Shown: positions 39,028-48,836, counted from the stretch's first letter. The stretch is 64,000 nt of DNA from Flavobacteriaceae bacterium (GCA_049609325.1 JBMYYK010000002.1:10382-74381); one strand, 5' to 3'. Notes: a model not told the origin generated them from the letters alone. Numbers and translations: made by a program.

Positions 39028-40434
39028 ATGAAAGAATTAGCCAAAATTACATTGTTTTCAGCTTTAGGAGGCCTATTAACTTTAGGCGCATACACAACAT
39101 TTATCAATACTTCTCCAGAAACAAAACATACAACACCTACAACCACACCTTTGTTTACTGTTCCAGTTTCAAATTCAGTTGGTACACCAAACATTACTGC
39201 AGAAAACATTGATTTTACTGGTGCTGCAGAAAAAACAGTACACGCTGTAGTTCACGTAACTAGCACTACAACATACATTCAACCACGATCTATCTTTGAC
39301 TATTACAACCGTCAAGGCGAACATATACAAAAAGGCTCAACAGGTTCAGGGGTGGTCATTTCTGAAGACGGCTACATAGTTACCAATAACCATGTGATTG
39401 ATGATGCTGATGAGCTCACTGTAACATTAAACAACCAAAAATCATACAAAGCTCGTGTGATTGGTTTTGATAAAAAAAATGACATCGCTTTATTAAAAAT
39501 AGAAGCCAAAGAAAAGTTAGATTACATCCCCTTTGGAGATTCTAACAATGTGAAAATTGGCGAATGGGTACTTGCCGTGGGGAACCCTTACAATTTAACA
39601 TCTACAGTAACTGCTGGAATCATTAGTGCAAAATCTAGAGATTTGGATGGCGACAAAAATATTCAGTCGTTTTTACAAACAGATGCCGTTGTTAACCCTG
39701 GTAATTCAGGTGGTGCTTTAGTTAACACCAGAGGTGAGCTTATAGGAATAAATACGGCAATATCATCTAGAACAGGGTCGTACATAGGCTATTCATTTGC
39801 TGTACCTTCAAACACCACTCAAAAAATTGTACAAGACATTTTAGAATATGGAAATGTACAACAAGCCATTTTAGGAGTATCTGGTGTAGGATTAAACAAC
39901 AACATTGCTAATAAACTTGAAATTAATGACACTGAAGGCTATTACATTTCTGATATTGAACCTGGTTCTGGTGCCGAAAAATCTGGATTAAAAACTGGAG
40001 ACATCATCAAAAAAATTGATGATGTTAAAATCTCTAAATCGTCTGACCTTACAGGATATCTTAGCACTAAAAGACCAAACAACACTATTAACATTACCAT
40101 CATTAGAAATGATAAACATTTAAACATTCCTGTAAAATTATCAGACAAAAGCATCTTAACACGTAAGGCCTTTAACCTAGAACTCAAAAACCTTACCACT
40201 AAAGAAATTGAGCTGTTTGACGTGAAAAGCGGAGTGAAAGTTGTTAGTAACTCTAATAGTTTTTTACAACGAAAACTAGGCATCACTAAAAACTGCATCA
40301 TCATTAAAATAAATGAAAAAGATATTGATAGTATTGAAGACTTGAATTCTTTAAAAAGTTTAGATGTAAATGACTTATACAACATAGAAGTGATTTACAC
40401 CAATGGCAACTCTAAAAACTGGTGGTTACGATAG
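39028..40434 (+). CDS. htrA: HtrA/DegP-family serine protease with PDZ domain(s)
   Basis: 468 aa. Signal/anchor, TNNHVI (His), DIALLKI (Asp), GNSGGAL (Ser), PDZ GLKTGDIIKKID. Confidence 0.92.
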   Translation: MKELAKITLFSALGGLLTLGAYTTFINTSPETKHTTPTTTPLFTVPVSNSVGTPNITAENIDFTGAAEKTVHAVVHVTSTTTYIQPRSIFDYYNRQGEHIQKGSTGSGVVISEDGYIVTNNHVIDDADELTVTLNNQKSYKARVIGFDKKNDIALLKIEAKEKLDYIPFGDSNNVKIGEWVLAVGNPYNLTSTVTAGIISAKSRDLDGDKNIQSFLQTDAVVNPGNSGGALVNTRGELIGINTAISSRTGSYIGYSFAVPSNTTQKIVQDILEYGNVQQAILGVSGVGLNNNIANKLEINDTEGYYISDIEPGSGAEKSGLKTGDIIKKIDDVKISKSSDLTGYLSTKRPNNTINITIIRNDKHLNIPVKLSDKSILTRKAFNLELKNLTTKEIELFDVKSGVKVVSNSNSFLQRKLGITKNCIIIKINEKDIDSIEDLNSLKSLDVNDLYNIEVIYTNGNSKNWWLR

Positions 40435-40452
40435 TCGATAGCGTAAGCAACT

Positions 40453-40481
40453 AAAAAAACGCTCTTTTCGAGCGTTTTTTT
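40453..40481 (+). terminator. Rho-independent terminator of htrA
   Basis: aaaaaaACGCTCttttcGAGCGTttttttt. Confidence 0.8.
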
Positions 40482-40492
40482 AGTTATAATTA

Positions 40493-40500
40493 GTAATTTT
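40493..40500 (+). promoter_or_regulatory. -7 box TAATTTTG for gap
   Basis: Exact consensus 30 nt upstream of ATG 40531, just after the htrA terminator. Confidence 0.55.
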
Positions 40501-40530
40501 GCACTTTCAAAAAAAACAAACAACACAATA

Positions 40531-41979
40531 ATGATTGCAAACGACACTTACGAAAAAGAATTAGCTTTTCAAGCAGATAGAAGAAGAGCTTGTGTAGATT
40601 TTATTAAAGTAGTTAGTGATTTATGGTACGATAAATCTATTGAATTGGTACTTTTTAGAAACCAATTGATAGACAAAAACGTAAGTGACATTTTAAACCT
40701 ACATGAATATGCAGGTGAATTTGTTCAGAAACCAATATCAATTTTTGACTCTGTAGAAATAGCTAAAGCTATTGCTGGTATTGACTTACCTCCTTCAAAA
40801 TTAGATATCGGTAAATTAACTTACGAATACCATTTAGAAGACGACAAATACAATGACGCAACAGCATTTGTGTCTGATAAATTAAAAGACGCTAGTAACT
40901 CTGACGACATACAACCTAAAGATGTAGTATTATACGGTTTTGGTAGAATAGGTCGTTTATTAGCTAGAGAATTAATGAGTAAAACTGCCAAAGGAGAGCA
41001 AATGCGTTTAAGAGCTATTGTGACCAGAGGCGCTATTGACGAAACTGTATTAGAAAAGAGAGCATCTCTTTTAAGACAAGATTCTGTACACGGTGATTTT
41101 GCAGGTACAGTTACAACTGACATCAAAAACAAAGCTTTAATTATTAACGGTACTACCGTGCAAATGATTAGCGCAAACGCTCCTGAAGATATTGACTATA
41201 CAACTTACGGTATTAACAATGCTTTAATTATTGACAACACTGGAGCTTTTAGAGACAAAGAAGCTTTAAGCAGATTATTAGCTTCTAATGGTGCTGACAA
41301 AGTATTATTAACTGCTCCTGGAAAAGGTATTCCAAACATTGTACATGGTGTAAACCACTTAGAAAATAATCCAGACGATATAAATATTTTCTCTGCGGCC
41401 TCATGTACTACTAATGCTATTACTCCTGTACTTAAAGCAATTGAAGATAGTCTTGGAATTGTTCACGGACACTTAGAAACTATTCACGCTTATACTAACG
41501 ACCAGAACTTAGTAGACAATTTCCATAAAAAATACCGTCGTGGTAGAGCTGCAGCTTTAAACATGGTAATTACAGAAACTGGAGCAGGACAAGCGGCTTC
41601 AAAAGCCTTACCATCATTAGAAGGTAAATTAACATCAAACGCTATTAGAGTACCTGTACCAAATGGTTCATTAGCAATTTTAAATTTAGAAGTTGAAACT
41701 CCAACTTCTATAGATGGCATAAATGCTATTATTAAAAAATACGCTTTAGAAGGTGACTTGGTAGAGCAAATCAAATATTCATTAGACAACGAATTAGTAT
41801 CGTCTGACATCGTTGGATCTTCTGCTCCATCTATTTACGACTCTAAAGCAACAATTGTAAGAGGAAACGGTAAAAATGTTGTGTTATACGTTTGGTATGA
41901 TAATGAATACGGATATTCTCACCAGGTTATTCGTTTAGCAAAACACATTTCAAAAGTTAGACGTTTTAGCTATTACTAA
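40531..41979 (+). CDS. gap: Glyceraldehyde-3-phosphate dehydrogenase, long form with about 130-aa N-terminal extension
   Basis: 482 aa. Rossmann VVLYGFGRIGR starts near residue 131. Catalytic SAASCTTNA and WYDNEYGYS. Confidence 0.9.
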   Translation: MIANDTYEKELAFQADRRRACVDFIKVVSDLWYDKSIELVLFRNQLIDKNVSDILNLHEYAGEFVQKPISIFDSVEIAKAIAGIDLPPSKLDIGKLTYEYHLEDDKYNDATAFVSDKLKDASNSDDIQPKDVVLYGFGRIGRLLARELMSKTAKGEQMRLRAIVTRGAIDETVLEKRASLLRQDSVHGDFAGTVTTDIKNKALIINGTTVQMISANAPEDIDYTTYGINNALIIDNTGAFRDKEALSRLLASNGADKVLLTAPGKGIPNIVHGVNHLENNPDDINIFSAASCTTNAITPVLKAIEDSLGIVHGHLETIHAYTNDQNLVDNFHKKYRRGRAAALNMVITETGAGQAASKALPSLEGKLTSNAIRVPVPNGSLAILNLEVETPTSIDGINAIIKKYALEGDLVEQIKYSLDNELVSSDIVGSSAPSIYDSKATIVRGNGKNVVLYVWYDNEYGYSHQVIRLAKHISKVRRFSYY

Positions 41980-42009
41980 TAGTTACACCTAATTACATAT
42001 AATAATTTT

Positions 42010-42044
42010 CAAAAATCCGTGTTGTAATATAACACGGATTTTTT
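42010..42044 (+). terminator. Rho-independent terminator of gap
   Basis: aaaaaTCCGTGTTgtaatataACACGGAtttttt. Confidence 0.85.
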
Positions 42045-42063
42045 ATCAAAACACACAGGCATC

Positions 42064-42657
42064 ATGAAACATCTTTTCATTTTTTTAACAATCGTATTTA
42101 CAGCAATACCAAATGTTTTTGCTCAAGATGACGAGAACAAACTGTCATTAAACCAAGGGAACATCAATGAAAAGTTTGACTATGTGATTAGCAAATCTAA
42201 CAGCTACCAAGAATTTAAAGTTGTAAAAAAAGTTTGGCTAAACACCTTAAAAAAACAAGTTTTAGACTCAGTAAATAAGCAAAAGTCTGAAATAACAGCT
42301 TTAAGCAAAACTATTGAATCACAGAAGTCAAACACTACTACTTTAGAATCTAAAATAGTTGAACTTAACAACACAATTACCCAAATAAGCACAGATAAAG
42401 AAAATATTTCCTTTTTAGGCACAGACTTAAAAAAAGGAGACTTTAAAAATATTTTTTGGACAGTTGTAGCCATTCTAGCTGTACTTTTAGCGTTCTTTAT
42501 TTACAAATTCAAAAACAGCAATACAGTTACTCAATCTGTAAAAACACAATTAGCAGACATTGAAAAAGAGTTTGAAGAGCATAGAAAAATTGCTCTTGAG
42601 CGTGAGCAAAAAGTAATGAGAAAATTACAAGACGAGCTTAACAAAAACAGAAGCTAG
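42064..42657 (+). CDS. Hypothetical bitopic membrane protein with coiled-coil regions
   Basis: 197 aa. Signal peptide (..NVFAQ), heptad-like segment, [20 protein letters not shown], charged C-terminal helix. Confidence 0.65.
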   Translation: MKHLFIFLTIVFTAIPNVFAQDDENKLSLNQGNINEKFDYVISKSNSYQEFKVVKKVWLNTLKKQVLDSVNKQKSEITALSKTIESQKSNTTTLESKIVELNNTITQISTDKENISFLGTDLKKGDFKNIFWTVVAILAVLLAFFIYKFKNSNTVTQSVKTQLADIEKEFEEHRKIALEREQKVMRKLQDELNKNRS

Positions 42658-42665
42658 AAAACGTT

Positions 42666-43343
42666 ATGAGAATTGACATCATTACAGTTTTACCAGAATT
42701 AATGCAGAGTCCGTTTAACGACTCTATATTAAAACGCGCACAAGACAAAGGGATTGTAGAAGTACATTTTCACAACCTAAGAGATTACAGCACCAACAAA
42801 CAAAAAAGTATTGACGACTATCAGTTTGGTGGCGGTGCCGGTATGGTAATGATGATAGAACCAATTGACTTATGTATTTCCAAGTTAAAATCAGAACGTT
42901 CGTACGATGAAGTTATTTACATGACCCCAGATGGCAACACTTTAAACCAAGGTATTGCTAATGAGCTATCATTAAAAGATAACATCATTATTTTATGTGG
43001 TCATTATAAAGGTGTAGACCAACGTGTGAGAGACTTGTTTATTACTCGAGAAATTTCAATTGGTGATTTTGTATTGTCAGGAGGTGAGCTAGCCGCTAAC
43101 GTATTGTGTGATGCCGTAATACGACTCATACCCGGTGTTTTAAACAATGAAACCTCTGCACTTACTGATTCATTTCAAGACGATTTACTTGCTCCACCAG
43201 TATACACCAGACCAGCAGATTACAAAGGCCATAAAGTTCCAGACATATTATTATCTGGAAATTTTCCTAAAATTGAAGAATGGCGTGAAGAACAAGCACA
43301 CCAACGCACTAAAGACAGACGACCAGATTTATTCGACAAATAA
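42666..43343 (+). CDS. trmD: tRNA (guanine37-N1)-methyltransferase
   Basis: 225 aa. [41 protein letters not shown]. Confidence 0.95.
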   Translation: MRIDIITVLPELMQSPFNDSILKRAQDKGIVEVHFHNLRDYSTNKQKSIDDYQFGGGAGMVMMIEPIDLCISKLKSERSYDEVIYMTPDGNTLNQGIANELSLKDNIIILCGHYKGVDQRVRDLFITREISIGDFVLSGGELAANVLCDAVIRLIPGVLNNETSALTDSFQDDLLAPPVYTRPADYKGHKVPDILLSGNFPKIEEWREEQAHQRTKDRRPDLFDK

Positions 43344-43379
43344 ATCATCATATTAATTGCCAATTAACAATTATTACTT

Positions 43380-43387
43380 AATTTTGC
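43380..43387 (+). promoter_or_regulatory. -7 box TAATTTTG for rplS (TTG at 43357-43359 as a possible -33 element)
   Basis: Exact consensus with a TTG 20 nt upstream. It implies a 5' UTR of about 65 nt for rplS. Confidence 0.55.
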
Positions 43388-43458
43388 AGTCAATTTTAAA
43401 TTAACCTCTGGCGAGAATCGTGCATGTTGTTTTAAATCAATTATATAAATAAATTACA

Positions 43459-43809
43459 ATGGAAGCTTTAATCAAGTTTGTACAAGATGAATTCGTAACT
43501 ACAAAAGATTTCCCAGCATTTAGCGCAGGAGATACTATTACTGTTTATTACGAAATTAAAGAAGGTAACAAAACAAGAACTCAGTTCTTTAGAGGTGTTG
43601 TTATCCAAAAAAGAGGAAGTGGATCTTCAGAAACATTCACAATTAGAAAAATGTCAGGAACTATTGGTGTTGAGAGAATTTTCCCAATCAACATGCCTGC
43701 ATTACAAAAAATTGAAATCAACAAAAAAGGTATTGTTCGTAGAGCAAGAATCTTCTACTTTAGAGGGCTTACTGGTAAGAAAGCTAGAATTAAAGAAAGA
43801 AGAGGATAA
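43459..43809 (+). CDS. rplS: 50S ribosomal protein L19
   Basis: 116 aa. FSAGDTITVYYEIKEGNKTRTQFFRGVVI and RRARIFYFR. Confidence 0.96.
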   Translation: MEALIKFVQDEFVTTKDFPAFSAGDTITVYYEIKEGNKTRTQFFRGVVIQKRGSGSSETFTIRKMSGTIGVERIFPINMPALQKIEINKKGIVRRARIFYFRGLTGKKARIKERRG

Positions 43810-43831
43810 TCCATATCTGAAATTTCAACAT

Positions 43832-43863
43832 AAAAAAATCCTGCCAATTGGCAGGATTTTTTT
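43832..43863. terminator. Bidirectional terminator between rplS and the cysteine desulfurase gene
   Basis: aaaaaaaTCCTGCCaattGGCAGGAttttttt. Confidence 0.88.
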
Positions 43864-43881
43864 ATGTTGAATATAAATACT

Positions 43882-45027
43882 TTAAACAACAAACTCTTTT
43901 AACACCCTTACCACGTAATCAATCTCTTCTTTTGTATTATATTTTGAAAATGAGAAACGTAATGACGGTTTTAACATATCATCATCCTCAAGTATTTCTG
44001 ACAATACATGCGACCCTTTTGAACTTCCGCTTTGACAAGCGCTTCCTTTAGAACACGCAATACCTTTCAAGTCTAACTGAAACAACACAATTAATGCCTT
44101 TTGTGCCGAAACAGGTAACAGCACATTAACCAAAGTATAGGTACTTTTTTCCATATCACCAGACCAACCATTAAACTTCACCTCAGGAATAGCCTTAGTA
44201 ATTTCTTGTATGAAATACGCTTTTAACGATTTTACATACGCGCTGTCTTTTTCTAGATTATCATACACATCTTTATAAGCCACATCAAGCCCTACAATAT
44301 TATGCACAGACTCAGTACCTGCCCTATAACCACGCTCTTGACCCCCTCCAAAAATCAGTGAGTTCAATCCCGCATCTTTACGCATAAACACAAAACCAAC
44401 ACCTTTTGGCCCATGAAATTTATGTGCACTAACCGCGCAGAAATCCACTTTCACCTTACTTAAATCTACATCGTAATGCCCTATAGACTGTACTGTATCA
44501 CTATGGAATAACGCATCGTATTTTTCGCATAATTCTGCTACAGCCTCAATATCTAAAATATTCCCCAACTCATTATTAACATGCATCAAACTCACTAAAG
44601 TTTTTCCTTTATCTTCCTCTAACAAAGTCTTCAAACTCTCTAACTGCACAGATCCATTTTCATCTAAAGACACATAATCTACAACTGTATTATAACACGT
44701 TTGCAGTGTATCACATGTATGACCGATGGCATGATGTTCAATTTTTGACGTGATAATACGTTTAACACCTAAATCTCTTACCGCTGAATTCAATACAAAA
44801 TTATCTGCCTCAGTTCCTCCCGATGTGAATATAATTTCCGCCGGAGTGACACGTAGTTGTTTCGCTATATTTTTCCTAGCCTGTTCAATAAGCGCCTTAG
44901 CACTACGACCAAATCCATGGGTAGATGACGGATTTCCATAATCATTAGTTAAACAAGCCGTCATGGCTTTCACTACATTATCACTCACTTGAGTAGTTGC
45001 AGCACTATCAAAGTAGACTTTTTTCAC
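43882..45027 (-). CDS. Cysteine desulfurase (class V aminotransferase, NifS/IscS-like)
   Basis: 381 aa. YFDSAATT, GGTEADN, PLP-lysine SAHKFHGPKG, active-site SKGSACQSG. Confidence 0.9.
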   Translation of the reverse strand: MKKVYFDSAATTQVSDNVVKAMTACLTNDYGNPSSTHGFGRSAKALIEQARKNIAKQLRVTPAEIIFTSGGTEADNFVLNSAVRDLGVKRIITSKIEHHAIGHTCDTLQTCYNTVVDYVSLDENGSVQLESLKTLLEEDKGKTLVSLMHVNNELGNILDIEAVAELCEKYDALFHSDTVQSIGHYDVDLSKVKVDFCAVSAHKFHGPKGVGFVFMRKDAGLNSLIFGGGQERGYRAGTESVHNIVGLDVAYKDVYDNLEKDSAYVKSLKAYFIQEITKAIPEVKFNGWSGDMEKSTYTLVNVLLPVSAQKALIVLFQLDLKGIACSKGSACQSGSSKGSHVLSEILEDDDMLKPSLRFSFSKYNTKEEIDYVVRVLKEFVV

Positions 45028-45136
45028 GTAATTAAATCTTTAATTTCACAATAAGAAGAGGTAAAAATAACTTAAAATAAATTATTATCAACAAATATTC
45101 GTTAATTTGTAAATTACAATAACAACCCTAAATATT

Positions 45137-46051
45137 ATGCATAAAAAAGTCCTATTAATACTCACTTTGATATTTGCCACGTCTTGTGATGATGGCGATA
45201 TTTTTGTACAAGAATTAGACTTTCCTCAAGATTTAAACCATTGTACCGGAAGCAGTGATTTAATCATATACACCATTAAAAATACACCTTACGAATCTTT
45301 ATCACTTAAACTACCACTTAGCAACGAAGACTACCTCGTAAACGAAGGTAATTATACCACCAACTTATCTACAACAAACACATTCAATTACAGGACTTAT
45401 AGCGGGAATCCGGAAAATATATTTTGCAATTCCCTCCCTCCTACATCCCCCGAAATTACAAGTGACTCTGAAGCAACTAATGGAAACACCAATTTCACCA
45501 CTACTTTAGTTGAAGATGACAATGACGGCATACCTGCTCATCTGGAAGATGATAATACAGACGGTGATAACGACCCATCAACAAACCCTACAGACACAGA
45601 TGGTGACGGAGTACCTAATTATTTAGACTCAGATGATGATGGTGATAATGTACCAACTACAAACGAAGATCCAGACCCTAATAGCGATGGTGATCTCTCA
45701 GATGCATTAGACACAGACTTAGACGGCACACCAGACTATTTAGACGATGATGATGATAACGATGGTACAATTACTCGCTATGAAGATACCAACATGGATT
45801 TGAACCCAACCAATGACATTTCTAATCCTAGTTTAGGTCCTGATTACCTAAACTCAACCGTTACCACAGGCACAGCAATTGACACATATCAAGACCATAC
45901 AAAAACTCAAAATTTCACATGCACAATTGTTATTGAAAACATGGTTTTGATTAATAATTCAAACAATGAAACCATAATCAATGAAGAATTTCCATTTGGA
46001 ACAATCAACTCTACCATAAGCAATTACACATATTCTGTAGATTTCAATTAG
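45137..46051 (+). CDS. Lipoprotein with thrombospondin type-3-like Asp-rich calcium-binding repeats
   Basis: 304 aa. Lipobox FATSC. Central repeats DDNDGIPAHLEDD, DTDGDGVPNYLDSDDDGD, DTDLDGTPDYLDDDDDNDG. Confidence 0.8.
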   Translation: MHKKVLLILTLIFATSCDDGDIFVQELDFPQDLNHCTGSSDLIIYTIKNTPYESLSLKLPLSNEDYLVNEGNYTTNLSTTNTFNYRTYSGNPENIFCNSLPPTSPEITSDSEATNGNTNFTTTLVEDDNDGIPAHLEDDNTDGDNDPSTNPTDTDGDGVPNYLDSDDDGDNVPTTNEDPDPNSDGDLSDALDTDLDGTPDYLDDDDDNDGTITRYEDTNMDLNPTNDISNPSLGPDYLNSTVTTGTAIDTYQDHTKTQNFTCTIVIENMVLINNSNNETIINEEFPFGTINSTISNYTYSVDFN

Positions 46052-46180
46052 CGAAAAACATGCAGTTAGTCGACTATTCGTGCTTTACATAGAATAAACA
46101 ATAACTTGTTAATAAAATAAATTAAAAAAACCATATATTTAAGTACCAAATATCTATTTTAGCAGCAAACATATTTTAGT

Positions 46181-48088
46181 ATGAAAAAAATTACATTCAC
46201 AATAGCAGCAATCTTGGGTTTTAGCTCTTTAGCAGTAGCTCAAGATTTATATGTATCCCCTAACAGTTATATGTATGTACAAGATGAAGTTGTTTTCGTA
46301 AACGATGATATCCAATTAGAAGAAACAACTTCTAACATGTATTTACGTGATAATGCGCAACTAATACAAAGTTCCAACGCAAAAAATCATGATATTGGAG
46401 AATTATCAGTATACCAAACACCAACAACAGATATTTACAATTACAACTACTGGTGTTCTCCAGTAGGTGTTGGTACTCAAGGTTCTCAAGGTGATGCACC
46501 GTTTAACAGAACTACAATGCACCAACCAAACTCATTAACATTAAACGAAACGGCTACAACAGAGTATGGTATAACTTACCCAGACCGAAATTCTACATCT
46601 ACAACTATTGCTACACATTGGCTATGGCAAACAGTAAATTCTGATGGTTATAACAATTGGGTAGAAGCTAGAACAAATGATGTACTAGCTGGTAGAGGAT
46701 ATACCATGAAAGGAAGACCTACTGGTGATACTAACAAAGTTATTGACTTTAGAGGACGTCCAAACACAGGTGACTTCTCTATTCCAGTAGCTGGATCAGC
46801 ATTTGTTGCAGCACCTGGAAATATTTCTCAGTATGACGGTTTATACAATGGTCAAGTAGAATCATTAATAGGTAATCCGTACCCATCAAGTATGGATATG
46901 AAATTGTTTTTTGCAAATGCAAATAATCAACTTGATTTAGACGGAGCAATATACTACTGGGAACAAACTGGTAATACTCACATGTTAAATGAATACAACG
47001 GTGGTTATGCAAGTTGGATACCTGGTAATTTAGCTAATCCAGCAGATCACGGTACATACACAAGAGCTACTTTTAAAACCTATCATGATGGTGAAGGACC
47101 AGATACTATTGGTGAAGACAATCAAGTAACTGGCGTGAATGGTTATGACTATAATTTAGATCCTTTCAACCGTAGATATGCTGCAATTGGGCAAGGTTTC
47201 ATGGTACGTAGTAGTAGTACTGGTGGTGGTAATGTTGTTGTAAACAACTCTATGCGTGTGTATATTAAACATGAAACAGGTGGAAACGATGATGTGTTTG
47301 GTAGAGCTGCTGAAGGCGCGGCAAATAACTCTACAGTTATCATGTCTGCTAATAACCCAGAATATCAAAACGAAGTTTCTAGTGCATTAGTGATTCCAAC
47401 TATTCAATTACACACTAAAATCAATGATGAGTATTATAGAGAAAATGTTATTGCATTTAGAGAAAATACAAATTCTAGTTACCAAAAATTTACTGATGGA
47501 AGGTTAGCTGAAAAATTAAATACCGATGTATATCTTTTAGCAGATGACAATATGTTATCAATAAAGTCTATAGCGTATGACATTGAAGCTAGTATTCCGT
47601 TTGGAATTGACGTTAGAAATAACGCTAGTACATTTAGTGTAACAGTTCACAACTTATTAGATGTATCTGATAACGTTGACATCTATATGTTTGACAAAGT
47701 TAACGATACATATACTGATATTAAGAATGGTGTATTTGATGTTACTTTAGACGCTGGAACACATAATGACAGATTTGAAGTTGTATTTAAAGATGCATCT
47801 CAAGAACAAGAAGAACTTGACATTACTGAAGAGGAAGTTGTTAGCTCTTTTAATGTATACCAAAACAACACTAACAGTGAGTTGACAATTAAAAACCCTA
47901 AAGCATATATCATAAAATCAGTAATGATGTTTGATGTAACAGGGAAAGTGATTTACAACAAAACTAACTTAGGAAACAATGAGTTATACACATTCCCAAC
48001 AAGTGCATTAAGCAATGGAATGTACTTAACTAAAGTTACTACAGATCAAGATTTTGAAGTTACTAAAAAGGTGATGGTACAAAACTAA
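46181..48088 (+). CDS. Secreted protein with T9SS type A C-terminal sorting domain
   Basis: 635 aa. Signal peptide (..LAVAQ). The last 80 aa or so (FNVYQNNTNSELTIKNP...GKVIYNK...LSNGMYLTKVTT..) match the Por/T9SS CTD pattern. Confidence 0.85.
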   Translation: MKKITFTIAAILGFSSLAVAQDLYVSPNSYMYVQDEVVFVNDDIQLEETTSNMYLRDNAQLIQSSNAKNHDIGELSVYQTPTTDIYNYNYWCSPVGVGTQGSQGDAPFNRTTMHQPNSLTLNETATTEYGITYPDRNSTSTTIATHWLWQTVNSDGYNNWVEARTNDVLAGRGYTMKGRPTGDTNKVIDFRGRPNTGDFSIPVAGSAFVAAPGNISQYDGLYNGQVESLIGNPYPSSMDMKLFFANANNQLDLDGAIYYWEQTGNTHMLNEYNGGYASWIPGNLANPADHGTYTRATFKTYHDGEGPDTIGEDNQVTGVNGYDYNLDPFNRRYAAIGQGFMVRSSSTGGGNVVVNNSMRVYIKHETGGNDDVFGRAAEGAANNSTVIMSANNPEYQNEVSSALVIPTIQLHTKINDEYYRENVIAFRENTNSSYQKFTDGRLAEKLNTDVYLLADDNMLSIKSIAYDIEASIPFGIDVRNNASTFSVTVHNLLDVSDNVDIYMFDKVNDTYTDIKNGVFDVTLDAGTHNDRFEVVFKDASQEQEELDITEEEVVSSFNVYQNNTNSELTIKNPKAYIIKSVMMFDVTGKVIYNKTNLGNNELYTFPTSALSNGMYLTKVTTDQDFEVTKKVMVQN

Positions 48089-48107
48089 AACTTCTTTAAT
48101 AACACAT

Positions 48108-48139
48108 AAAAAAACCTAAGCATATGCTTAGGTTTTTTT
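48108..48139 (+). terminator. Terminator of the T9SS cargo gene
   Basis: aaaaaaaCCTAAGCatatGCTTAGGttttttt. Confidence 0.85.
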
Positions 48140-48168
48140 ATGTGTTAAATTTACTCGTATTTTCAGCC

Positions 48169-48176
48169 TAGCTTTG
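48169..48176 (+). promoter_or_regulatory. -7 box TAGCTTTG for the DEAD-like / gldF-gldG operon
   Basis: Exact TAnnTTTG 32 nt upstream of ATG 48209, after the preceding terminator. Confidence 0.5.
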
Positions 48177-48208
48177 TAAATTGCAACATGCTATAAACAC
48201 AGCAAAAC

Positions 48209-48820
48209 ATGTCCTTTAAAAAATTACATCCTTTATTAAAAGAATCATTATCACGATTAGAGTATAATGAGCCACTACCCTTTCAAAAAACTATTTTTCC
48301 AAAGATAAAAGGTGGAGCTAATGTATTTGGAATTGCTCCAAAAAACTCAGGAAAATCTGACATATTAATTATAAGCACAATACAAAAATTAAAAGCAGAA
48401 GCTTTTGAAGACTCCCCTAGAGCACTAATTTTTGTAGAGAACAAAAAAGCCGCACAAAATTTAGAAGCAAATTTTAAACGGTTTACTGCAGGTACAAACT
48501 TACGTGTCTACACCGCTTATGATGAACAAAACATTGACACCCAAAAAGATGACATTTACTATGGACAGGATATTATAATTACAACACCAAAACGATTAAG
48601 TAAACTATATTTATTAAATGGTATTCACTTAGGTGAACTACAACTACTCATAATAGAAGACGCACAATTTTTAGCCAAAAACAATTTACATGCAGAAATT
48701 ATTAGAATTTCAGAGAGCATAAAAAAGTGCCAATATTTAATATTTTCAGACAACTATTACCCAAAGTTTGATAAATTTGAAGATGCATTTATGGCTAACT
48801 CACAAATCATAAAACTTTAA
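48209..48820 (+). CDS. Stand-alone DEAD-box-helicase-like domain 1 protein with degenerate motifs
   Basis: 203 aa. Q-motif-like PLPFQ, Walker A APKNSGKS, TPKRL (Ib). It has IIEDAQ in place of DEAD and FSD in place of SAT, and no helicase C-terminal domain before gldF starts 16 nt downstream. Confidence 0.8.
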   Translation: MSFKKLHPLLKESLSRLEYNEPLPFQKTIFPKIKGGANVFGIAPKNSGKSDILIISTIQKLKAEAFEDSPRALIFVENKKAAQNLEANFKRFTAGTNLRVYTAYDEQNIDTQKDDIYYGQDIIITTPKRLSKLYLLNGIHLGELQLLIIEDAQFLAKNNLHAEIIRISESIKKCQYLIFSDNYYPKFDKFEDAFMANSQIIKL

Positions 48821-48836
48821 TTCTATACCAAATTAT

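Noticed and set aside
43595-44051. ORFs 43595-43870 and 43848-44051 around the rplS terminator
   Set aside because: The first is an alternative frame of rplS running through the terminator hairpin. The second is antisense to the cysteine desulfurase 3' end. Neither has a start context or motifs.
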